From Podarcis liolepis (lineage: Eukaryota): a stretch of 64,000 nt of DNA. Under the pieces are notes generated by a model. It was not told the origin of the DNA and made no database searches. It saw nothing but the letters and a program-made list of their open reading frames with translations. The stretch lies in NCBI GenBank assembly GCA_965112155.1, contig OZ218103.1, one strand, 5' to 3'. Shown piece after piece: positions 1 to 9,989 of this stretch. The position numbers and the translations under genes are program-made. Position 1 is the first letter of the stretch. The number at the start of each line of letters is the position of its first letter.

Positions 1-61
1 TTGACAGCTATGCTGTGCTACTAATTGCACCTTCCTGCTTAACTTTGCTCACCTTTTGAAT

Positions 62-81
62 AAGTTTCTTTCCCTTGGCAG
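62..81 (+). other. TMEM81: Probable 3' splice acceptor in the TMEM81 5' UTR
   Basis: Pyrimidine tract TTTCTTTCCCTTGGCAG ending at 81; branch-like CTAAT (21-25) and CTTAAC (38-43) upstream. Confidence 0.55.
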
Positions 82-255
82 GATGCCACCTGGCTGCTTT
101 TTGTATTCCAAAAATGTCTTACGGCTGGGGAGCGGGTTCAGGAAAAGGCATCTGTTTCACACCACAGAAACATTTATGATATTTTTAACAAAGGATGATA
201 ATCAGGAGGTCATATAATGAGGCCGCCCAATGGATTGTAAAAGGACTCTCCAAGT

Positions 256-1050
256 ATGATGGCTACAGAATCTGGCTTCGCCCTGGGCACATTGGCCTTT
301 GCTTTCTTTGTACCGCTGTCGGTGGCTTCTCATGGGGCAGTGACCATTCCCAAAGCCCTAATAACGGCTTCGGGAAGAGTTATAGTCAGTTCCACAAGCT
401 GCAGCGTCACCTGTGGGCTGGGTTACAAGGAAGAAGAGTCATGTGAGATTAGGCCTGATGGGCAAAGGAGAGGCTGCAAACGACGGAAGGTGGACTGTTT
501 GAACAGTTGGATCTGTGGGATGCGGCACTTCACCGCCCTGGTGGGCAGGCCGTTCGAGATCAGCTGCCTAAGCACTGCGGAGATAGGTCCTGACACCCAG
601 AGCTTCAGCTACACATGGAGGCTGGCCCGAGGCATCATCACAACAGACGATACTCTCTTTGCCCCTTTCAAGAATCCTGGCTTTGTTATTAAGCTTTACC
701 CCGCTGAGGAATACGATGCGGGGACGTACAGGTGCGATGTGCAGTTCATGAAAAACTACAAGGTTGTCAAGAGAATCTACTTTGGACTTCGCGTGATCCC
801 TGGCGACATGGTGGATTTGAATTTTGACAAATCCTTAACGCTGGAACAGCAATCAGAAAGTGAAAATAACCAACAGAACGCCACCAGCATGCCAGCTCAG
901 GGTCGGTGGGGCTCATGGCGCCAGAGGGCTGTGTTTGTGTTTCTGGTTGGCATTGGAAGCGGCTTGGTGCTCGGGGCTGTGCTGCACAGCCTTCTCTACT
1001 GTGTCCTGTGCCCCAACCCCCATGAAAACGATGAACGTGATGGGGAATGA
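256..1050 (+). CDS. TMEM81: Transmembrane protein 81 (single coding exon; signal peptide, IZUMO1/SPACA6-like Cys hairpin plus Ig domain, C-terminal TM)
   Basis: 264-aa ORF with CSVTCGLGYKEE, CLNSWICGM, TWRLARGIITTDD, EYDAGTYRCDVQ and KRIYFGLRV motifs matching vertebrate TMEM81; hydrophobic N-terminus and TM (AVFVFLVGIGSGLVLGAVL); in-frame TAA at 238-240 upstream; convergent with CNTN2. Start may be ATG 259 (A at -3, G at +4). Confidence 0.96.
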   Translation: MMATESGFALGTLAFAFFVPLSVASHGAVTIPKALITASGRVIVSSTSCSVTCGLGYKEEESCEIRPDGQRRGCKRRKVDCLNSWICGMRHFTALVGRPFEISCLSTAEIGPDTQSFSYTWRLARGIITTDDTLFAPFKNPGFVIKLYPAEEYDAGTYRCDVQFMKNYKVVKRIYFGLRVIPGDMVDLNFDKSLTLEQQSESENNQQNATSMPAQGRWGSWRQRAVFVFLVGIGSGLVLGAVLHSLLYCVLCPNPHENDERDGE

Positions 1051-1192
1051 GATGTGCTGTTTTGTAGACTTGCTATATTAGATTGCTCTTGTACATTACA
1101 ACTTCACTATGTTAATCTTATCATTTCAGGCTTATGAAGATCATTTGGTGACATGAATCATAAACATAGTTCCATTTGATTTATTAGAGAGT

Positions 1193-1198
1193 AATAAA
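1193..1198 (+). terminator. TMEM81: Polyadenylation signal of TMEM81
   Basis: AATAAA about 140 nt after the stop codon. Confidence 0.7.
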
Positions 1199-1227
1199 AT
1201 TCCATCCTGTGCCTTAATGGTAAAAGG

Positions 1228-1571
1228 TTAAGTGTGGGGAAACTGTTTTCTGCCCACAGGCCACATTTTCTCATAGACAATGTTCAGGGGGCCACATAAC
1301 GATGGTGGGTGGGGCCAGAGGGAAAAGTGGGTAGGACAAAGGATGAGACTCTTACAGTAGGCTGCAGTCCAGCTACGAGAAAGCCAGAGGTTTCTACACT
1401 TGCCCACATAACAAACCAACCTCTCCATAATGCAAGAGGTATCAGAGTTCATGGACATATGCCATGCAGGAATAAGCACTCGAGGAGGATACTGGGGAGG
1501 GGGCCTGCCAAGGGGCGTGGCCTAGATAGAGAGCCACACATGGCCTTCAAGTCTGAGGTGCCCAACCGCTG
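1228..1571. mobile_element. Degenerate hAT-type non-autonomous DNA transposon
   Basis: Ends resembling GTGTGGGGAA...GGCCACAT and GCCACA...GAGGTGCCCAACCGCTG, typical hAT MITE termini; boundaries approximate. Confidence 0.5.
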
Positions 1572-2636
1572 GTTTGAAGCCAAAACCTCTGAAAGGTAGT
1601 GCAAAATCTGGGAATCTGTAACAGCTAGTGGGTTCTGTGGTAAGAGTACATGCTTTGCCTGAGCTACACTACTGCCTTGGTGGGTGACCAGTTGACATTC
1701 TCTTGGGAATAATATCTGAGAATTTGATGGATGTTCCTTTCCTGTAAGGTGGGTTCCTTGGCCAAATTCATGACAGGTTCTTTCTATGACAAGTGGGCCT
1801 CAGTGTGACAGGGAGCTAAGTGGTCCAGACATGCAGACGATGACACCTCAAAAGGGAAAAACCTAATGTTTTCTTCTTATTGGCTCCCAATACATTTCAG
1901 CATTAGCTTGCAGGGGTTTTTTTTTATTTCTCATGAAAATTCTGTATGGTTCCCATGCAAATTTCTCACGATAGACACATATTTGCTAACAAATTTCCCT
2001 AATAGCATGCATTGATTGTTATTTTTCACTAAGCTAATGTGTTTCTATACACAGGTTCTCCTGTACACACATTTTTGCACACATTATTTGGTTGGAAAAC
2101 TCCCAACACAAAATTCAGAGAAGTCCAAATTTCAGAGAGGAGCTGTGCTTTTGTTTGGATGTTTTGGGAAGTGTGAATCAAGTAGGTTCGCATTAAAATC
2201 CCAACCAAACTTCTCCTTCCATCCCTCCCAGCATAGTTCAGACAATTTGAACTGCCTTTCCACCCCTGAAGGCATAATTGAAATTTAGGGGAGTACTGCA
2301 CCCCCTGAAAAAAAATTGCATAGTGGTATCTATCCTCCATGCATTTGCACAATTTCCCATGGTTGCCATCTCAGAGTTTTCCCCAACATTTCAATACAAG
2401 ATGGCATATTTGCCAGGGTAGGTGCTGGCTATGTTTCAGCTTTACAAAGACTCTACCCCCACTCTTACCCTGATTGCCTTCCTTTGTCCAGCTAGTGGGG
2501 ATATCAGCACTGTCTTATTTTTTCTGGCTCACACTTCCAACCTCTTGCTCAAATCATTCCCAACTTCTGGTTGAAAGAAATACACGTTTGGAAATAAGTC
2601 ACAATGGAGATGTTCACTGAAGTCTTTTTGAAGATC

Positions 2637-2642
2637 TTTATT
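2637..2642 (-). terminator. CNTN2: Candidate distal polyadenylation signal of CNTN2 (would imply a 3' UTR of about 7.2 kb)
   Basis: AATAAA on minus strand, preceded by a U-rich, UGUA-containing segment (2730-2780). Confidence 0.4.
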
Positions 2643-3148
2643 TAAGAACTGCGTGCTACTGTAGTCAATAAGTAACATTAATCATAATCTGCTTACAATG
2701 CTTGGGGGCTTTTTTTTAGTTGTTCTATTCATTTCTTTAAAAAAATAGTGTACAACAAAATTACTGAGAATGTACTTGCGCCACCCCCATTTCCTGTACA
2801 ATGAAACTGGAATAGAAGAGGCAAAGGAGAGTTCTTGAGGATAGTGTAAGGTTTTCAAGTTAAGTGCGAGGAAGCCAGACCCCAGATTAGTGATTAGGCA
2901 AAGCCAGAAGAAAAATGTCTTCCATGGGCGGCCAATGTGGTCCCCCTCACTTGAGGCTATGAACTGCAACTCTCATCAATCACCCAGGGCCACTGGCAGT
3001 GCTGGTTGGGTTTGCTGAGGGCAGCAGTCCACACCTTGAGGCCACCACATGGGCTGCTCCTGCTGTGGTCAGTATCAAAAGCTTGGGAGTCCACATCAGT
3101 TGTGTCATTGCGATGTGGCTTTGGTGAGCTCCACTGCAATCTATAGAG

Positions 3149-3285
3149 TAGGGGTGGCCAACATGGTGCCTGCCAGATGTTGTTAGACTCCAGCTCCTAT
3201 CATCCCTAGCAAGCTTGGCCAGTGATTAGAAATGACAGGAGTTGTAGTCCAAAACACCTAGAGAATGCTAGGTTGGGGGAGGCCA
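3149..3285. mobile_element. Old palindromic hAT MITE (CCAGATGTT...CTCCCATCATCCC family)
   Basis: Similar to the intact copies at 34665 and 35441; further degenerate copies near 3992-4115, 7296-7410, 43705-43830 and 58492-58625. Confidence 0.65.
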
Positions 3286-4639
3286 CAGACTACATTCAGC
3301 TTGTGTTAAGTTAATGGCCATGTTACCTGGAATGGGCAAATCCTTCCCTTTCCATACATGGTCTTTGGAACAAGTGAATGACCATGTGCTGTTGCAGTTA
3401 CCTTAGGCCACTGGGTTGCTTCAAAACAGAGAAAGCAGGAATCCTTCCAAACAAAACCATACCATGCATACCACAGAACACATCAATGACACCCCTGACC
3501 TTGCTTGACCTTCACGCTCAAATCAGATGGAGAAAACCTTACTACCATCAGTGGATGAAAGCAGTGAAAGGCAGGCAGGCAAAACACGTTATTTGTGAAA
3601 AATAAAAATGCCGGTCTAAGTGTGGATAAAAAAAAATGAAAATGAAAAACAGTGTGGATCATGCCTTAGTGAATTATTGTACTTAGCAGTCAAACTAATC
3701 AAACCATGCTGTGTAATGGACACAGCTATAATGGGGAAAATATATATGTATATTTATATATATCTTGGGGATATATATATAAAGGGGAAAGTTGTATTGT
3801 ATTCTGGTATTCAGTTCCTAACAGCCCTGATCCAGGGAATCTCAACTGCAAGAGGAGGATACAGAACTGCGGCAGCATTCAGGAAGCTGTTCCCTGCACA
3901 CCCACAATGTGACCAGCACTGATCTCCCACTAGGTGACTGGCAGGAGGGCCACTGAGCCTAAGGTGGGCACTTGCTTCTCTCTGATGAAAGTAGGGATGG
4001 GGAACCCATGGCTTTTTAGATATTGTTGGACTATACCTCCCATCATACCCAATTATTGACCATGCTGGGAGTTGGAGTCTAATAACACCAAGAGGGCCAC
4101 AGCCTTCCCACCGCTGGAACAATCCTTGGCATTACTAGTGATGCCAAGCTGCATGGGGAAAACCTCTGTAGGTCCAGAGTGCAGATTTGTCAATGTCATG
4201 GGAAAATGCTTAAGGGTAGGCAGGCTTCAGTTTTGCAGTATCCACTTTTTGGATTGGGAGGGAAAGGAGCAAAGGACATACACTTGCAGCGTATTGCTAC
4301 GCAAATTTGCTCGGAGGCAAATATGTACCAGATAGGAGCTTCAGGACTGAATAAAGTAAAATATATTAAAATGAAAGCAGCAATACGAAAACCCACAAAT
4401 CCACACCTGAATACAAGCTCATAGATGACAGTTTGGGGAACCCCTGATCTAGCTTCAGTCTTTTCACTAACACTGTAAAGTAAGCCAGCATTATTGCAGG
4501 TATAGACTGAGAGTAGACCACCTAAGACAACACAATGAGTTAATGACAGAGACTTGATTCAAACCATGGACTTCATAGGTCCCTTTAGCCACTATGTTTA
4601 CCCCCAGCTCTCTGGGACCCAGAAATCTTTGCCAATCTA

Positions 4640-5010
4640 GGTAAAGGTAAAAGACCCCTGGATGGTTAAGTCCAGTTAAAGGCAACTGGGGTTGCGTTGC
4701 TAATCTCGCTTTCAGGCTGAGGGAGCGGGCGTTTATCCACAGACAGTTTTCCCGGTCATGTGGCCAGCATGACTAATCAGCTTCTGGTGCAACGGAACAC
4801 TGACGGGAACCAGAGCACACAAAAATGCCGTTTACCTTCCCACTGCAGCGGTACCTATTTATCTACTTGCACTAGTGTGCTTTTGAACTGCTAGGTTGGC
4901 AGAAGCAGAGCAATGGGCGCTCACCCCACCATGGGGATTCGAACCGCCGACCTTCCAATCGGCAAGCCCAAGAGGCTCAGTGGTTTAGACCACAGCGCCA
5001 CCCGTGTCCC
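4640..5010 (-). mobile_element. Sauria SINE (POM/Squam1 type), full length
   Basis: 5' GGGACACGGGTGGCGCTGTGGTCTAAACC head with B box GGTTCGAATCC; (ACCTTT)n tail; TSD AATCTA at 4634-4639 and 5011-5016. Confidence 0.92.
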
Positions 5011-5979
5011 AATCTACTGCAAGTCCTCAAGACAGCTATCAGTAGATGCCTCTCTACTGTTCACTTGCCTGAAAACACTGATACAGTATAAAACCTGAAT
5101 GTGTACTGCAGTTTTATTTATACATGGTAAGTTGGAGTATGAATGTAAATGTAACAAAAAGAATATATTTCAATGCATGAGAAGAAATAACACAAATTCA
5201 AAAACAAATGCACATATAAATATACATACATACATACATACACACACATGTAATTTCACAGGGCTATTTATCATACATCCTAATCGTGTCTCACTTTTAT
5301 ATTTTAAAACACTGCTTTATTTTAAACAGCAAGTCTGAAGTCTAGAGTGACACTCATGGAAAAAAGTCAACTGGTATCCTTTCCAATCAATGTGTCACAG
5401 GTGAATTTTGCCAGTAATATGCCAGGGATGCAGTTCAGCATGAAGATACCTGCCCTGAGCCCCACCTGAGCCCAAGGAAATGTTAACATTTGCAAAGTGT
5501 CTCTGGCATGCCCAGTTCTATCCCATTCTATGCACATTACATAAACTATAACAAACTGTTTCATTAGCACAGCTATAGGCATGAAGTTCTCCACAGGGTT
5601 CCGCCTCGTTTGAAGCCGAGTGGAATTGGAAGTATTCTAGATTGCATGCTAGAATACAACAAGGATGTCTTTTTTTGCTTCTCTGGAGAGATTCCCTCAT
5701 TCTAAAATACAGCCTACCAAAACACACTGATGCACTGCACAAATGCCTACCTTGCATGCTTTTAGATAAGGGCATGAAACACTCTTATATGGCCCACGCA
5801 GGGGACATGGTCTGCCTCTCCCTTTTTGCCTGTGTGGAACAAAATCTCCCGCTTGCTTTTCTATACACCCTGACTTGAGTTTGCGCACTGCTGTCAAAAT
5901 ACTCCTTCAGGTCAACAGGAGAGAAGAACTGCAACAAAACAATATATGCAACTGAAAAGTACAATAACATTTTCGTAGC

Positions 5980-6200
5980 AATTTGGAGTCCTCAAAGTGC
6001 TCCTCGTACATGATCTCAGAGATCCTTACAAATCATCCTGAAAGGCAAATCAGTATTATTATCACACCCCCTATTACAGATGAGGCACTGAGGTTGAGTG
6101 ATAGCGGCTTGTCTAAGGCCACCTACTGCATCCATGGCAGAGGCAAGCTGTGAATCAAGCAACTCTTGGTTTACAGGTCATGTCTCTTAGCCAATCACAA
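5980..6200 (-). mobile_element. Old MIR/CORE-like SINE
   Basis: ATTATTATC...CCCTATTACAGATGAGGCACTGAGG core, reverse orientation. Confidence 0.6.
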
Positions 6201-8398
6201 CGCTGTGTTAGCTCCCAAAGAAATAGCTTCCAGCTAGAGATAGGCAGATCTGTCTATTTCCAGTCTCTGTCAGTTTCTCACATGTTCGTTCACAAATCTA
6301 TCACTTTCTGCTTTATCAATCTGTAACTTATTGAAAATCAATACAGAAATTAATATTTAAATATCATTTAAATATGTATTTTTATTACAAAAATCATATT
6401 TAAATGTGTATTTTATATCCATGTGTGCATTTCTAAATCTATTTTATCCTTAAAAAACATATTTTTACACATTTTGGTATGTATTTCGGGCCAAGAAGTG
6501 CAAAATTGAAGGTCAACTATGGTCCAATCCACGTATTAGGCATATATTAGCCTGGGAGATGCAAATAAGGTCAGTCTGCTTAAAAATGTGCTCTTTCATC
6601 CCCACTTCCAACAGTCCAGTGCAAGCTGGAGGATACCTTCAACACTTTCTTCTGTCAGGATAAAGATTTTTTGTTTGTTTGTTTTTTAAGAAGGCAGCTT
6701 GGTTTGGCACCCACCCACCCCTTAGATGGAGGAGAGAACAACCAAGGGTGTCCCTGGGAAAGATCAGAAGAGGGATGAGATACAACTAGCTTAACACCAA
6801 GGTGGAACTCCTTGGCCAAGGAGGTAGGGCCTAGGCCCTGACTGGATTCATAGACCCCCCACCTTAGTGAAGGAAAAAGGCCTTTTCATGCCCTTGAAAA
6901 GAGACAAGGCTACACCCCATCAAACTCAACAGAGATGAGCAGAGCAACAAGATGTATCCCACCAGTGGCCGTTTTTAATAGAATGCAAATGTAAAACTAT
7001 TGGCATCGCACTTATACACAATGCTAGTAAAGTTACTCTACAGTTTTTAGGTTTTCCACATTACCAAAGTAGAGCAGACTATGTTGAAGGGGTGATACAA
7101 GACCACTGGAAAACAGGTTTCTGTGCCCTTTTCAGTTTGCATCTTGTTTAAGCATCAAAATATCAAGGCTCAGTTTTTCAAACACCCAGCCGTCATCACT
7201 TGGCCCTCTCTGCCCAGGTTGTCAGGAGAACTCGGCATGCTGGGTGAGCACTTCCTTTTCCATCCCATGTTATATTACCTCTCACTGTTGAGGACAGGTA
7301 TGGTGAACCTGTGGCCCTCCAGATGTTGATGAACTTCAACTCCCATCATCAGTAATCAGCATGGCCAATGGTCAGGGATGATGGTAGTCCAGCAGCATCT
7401 AGAGAACCAAAGATACTCTGAACGCTGCCACCAGTATTTAATTTCTGAAAGAGCAAAATGGTGGAACTCAAGCTTGCCTGGAACCTGCACCCTCTAATCA
7501 GATCCCACTCCATGGCTACCTAGAGGAGAGGTTACGGTATGCTGCACATTTTCAAAGGCAACTTGGTTTGATCACTTGATAGGTTCCTGGTCCAAGCTCT
7601 AGCTTAATTTAAGCCTACCACAATGTGTCATGCAGAGATAACTCACACCTGATGCTTCTGAGTAACATATCTTGAGTAGCCACAGTTCAATGGTAGACCA
7701 CATGAAGAAGGTCCCTGGTTCATTTCCCAGTATCTAGTTACAAACAATTTGGGAATGAACTTTGCTTCATATGTTGGAGAGATTCCCTTAATGCCAACAA
7801 AACCTCTTAATGCCAACCAATCTACCCCAAACAAGAAATATACCAAGCCTTCAATAAAAATAGAGCAAGAACTCTAAAATTCACATAAAATATACAAAAC
7901 ATAGCTATAACTTGCATTGGAACAACAGAAGAGCTTCCATCAAAAGGGGAAGCTAGCACATAATTTAAGACTAACATTTCTAAAAAGGATGTAAATTAAG
8001 GAGGACAATTCACATTCTATGTAGGTACCTTAGGACTGGAGCAGACACAATAAAATAGACTTGTAACGAACCTTTTCTTTCTCTAGCTTTCTCCTTTGAA
8101 GGTGAGTGAAGTACCTATATTTACTCCCTTATTAGAGCTGATAACGGCTTGGGGAAAATTTAGATTGGGAGACGTTGCCAGAGTTAATCACCACCTCTCC
8201 AGCCAACAGAGTAGCTACAGGGGTTGCTATCCACATCCATTCAACACTGTGAAATATGAAGAACACCATCACCAAGGGGGAAAACACCATCATCAAGCCA
8301 TTTCTGTATGTTTAAGATCTGAATACGTTGTCCAATCGCTAAAAGAAGCAACTCCTGCACCCTAAACATTTCCCTTCAGAGACAAAATATGTGGGCTC

Positions 8399-8432
<34 letters not shown>
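8399..8432. repeat. (AGT)n microsatellite
   Basis: About 11 tandem AGT units. Confidence 0.95.
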
Positions 8433-9879
8433 ATATACCCCGCCCATCTGGCTGGGTAGCCCCAGGAAGCATGTGTTCTATTTTCTGAGTTCAGGAAAGT
8501 ACAAGGGTGTTTTATAGTGCGTAACAGGATTCCTACACTAATCTTATTGGTTCATTCTTACAAGCTGTTTGGGGAGCTGAAGTTTTCCCCCCTTCCTTAG
8601 TCTACGAAAGATGTAAAGCACACTAAGAGAGATCAACCAGCTAAGAACAAACTTTAAATCACTGAAGAACGTTCTGAGAAACAAAAGGTGTCTGTCAGCA
8701 TTCTTATGTCTCAGTTCAGGCGCTTGATTGATCTACTATTTAGTTCTGACAGTGATCAGTAGGCATTGAGAGGCATAACATTTCCAAATATTTATTGGTT
8801 TGGCAACCACACATGACCTGAGAACTTTCCTACAGGTGGAAAGGCATGACAACTGAATAGATTGAATTTGCTCTCAGGTCCAAGGCAGGTTAATGGAAGT
8901 TTGGGCAGATGATATTACTATGTAAAAGTGGAAAGAGGCTTCTGCAGTAACCACCTCCAGTCTACCGCATTCAAACGTCCTTTTAGGCAGACCCTGAACC
9001 TTTCCCTCCTGACATAAAAGCTCCTCTGGTATCTCCTTCTCTTCAGAACACCTAGTGAAGTGGGGCAGGGGAAGGAGAAGGAGAAGGAGAAGGAAACCAA
9101 AGGAATATGCAAGAACTGGTAAATGCATGTGTGTTGCGCCAAGTGTGGCAAAGCACCGAAGATTACAAGCAGCACATACTGGGTGGAAGCCACATGGCAA
9201 GGCAACTTAATGTTTTTGGTTCCACCCGTGAGCCTCAATTTTCTACTTTTGGCAACCCATTCACAAAGCTCTGCTTGCTTCTTCTAAAGTCTGGGGTGGG
9301 AAATGCTTGTCCATCACCATTAGCTTTCTCCACTTCCGTTGGTTGCCATGAAAGGCAGTGATTAGACTAATGCTGCCACTCAATGAGTTCTCCTTCATCT
9401 TTGAACCCAAGAGTCGTCAGTTCAATACTGGCTGGAATGATACAGAGCATGCTCATCTCTTTGAAAACCTCTCCTCAAAAGATACTGCGTTTATTCTGTA
9501 ATTTAAAAAAGAAAGAAAGAAAACAAGGTTCAAGATTGAGTTTTAAGAGTCTGTTTCCTTCTGTACATGGCTTTGTAAGGCAGAAGAATCTACTGAATAC
9601 AGTAATATGAGACAGCCAGTTTCCAGAATTCATATGAAATTCATCCTTTTGTTTCTTCAGTTAAAAAAAACCACTGACTGATTAAAGACTCACGTCTTGT
9701 ATGAAATATTCTATTTTCTAAAAAAAGAAAAAGGAAGAAAAGAGTATATATATTTTTCTCTTGAGTTCTTTTCTACTACTAGTTGTAGTAGAAATTTGTA
9801 CTCCCAATGGTCAGTTGTTGATTTGCTCTCTGGCTTGATGAGGAGGAATCCAACATCTCTCTTTAACAGGGGCTGGTTA

Positions 9880-9989
9880 TCAGAGCTCCAAGCAACCCAT
9901 TAGTGCAGACAGAATTAGTGAGTACATCAGAGCAACCACTGTATTTGCCACTGGACGGTCAGCAGAATTTTGCACCATCATACTGGTCC
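9880..9989 (-). CDS. CNTN2: CNTN2 exon 23 coding part (GPI-anchor signal and stop)
   Basis: Acceptor tttctttcttacag; [39 protein letters not shown]. Confidence 0.94.

Noticed and set aside
82-217. Terminal exon of RBBP5, the upstream neighbour in mammals
   Set aside because: No frame after the acceptor resembles the RBBP5 C-terminus as I recall it
195-446. 83-aa ORF overlapping TMEM81 as an independent gene
   Set aside because: Alternative frame with no recognisable domain; kept only as a possible overlapping uORF
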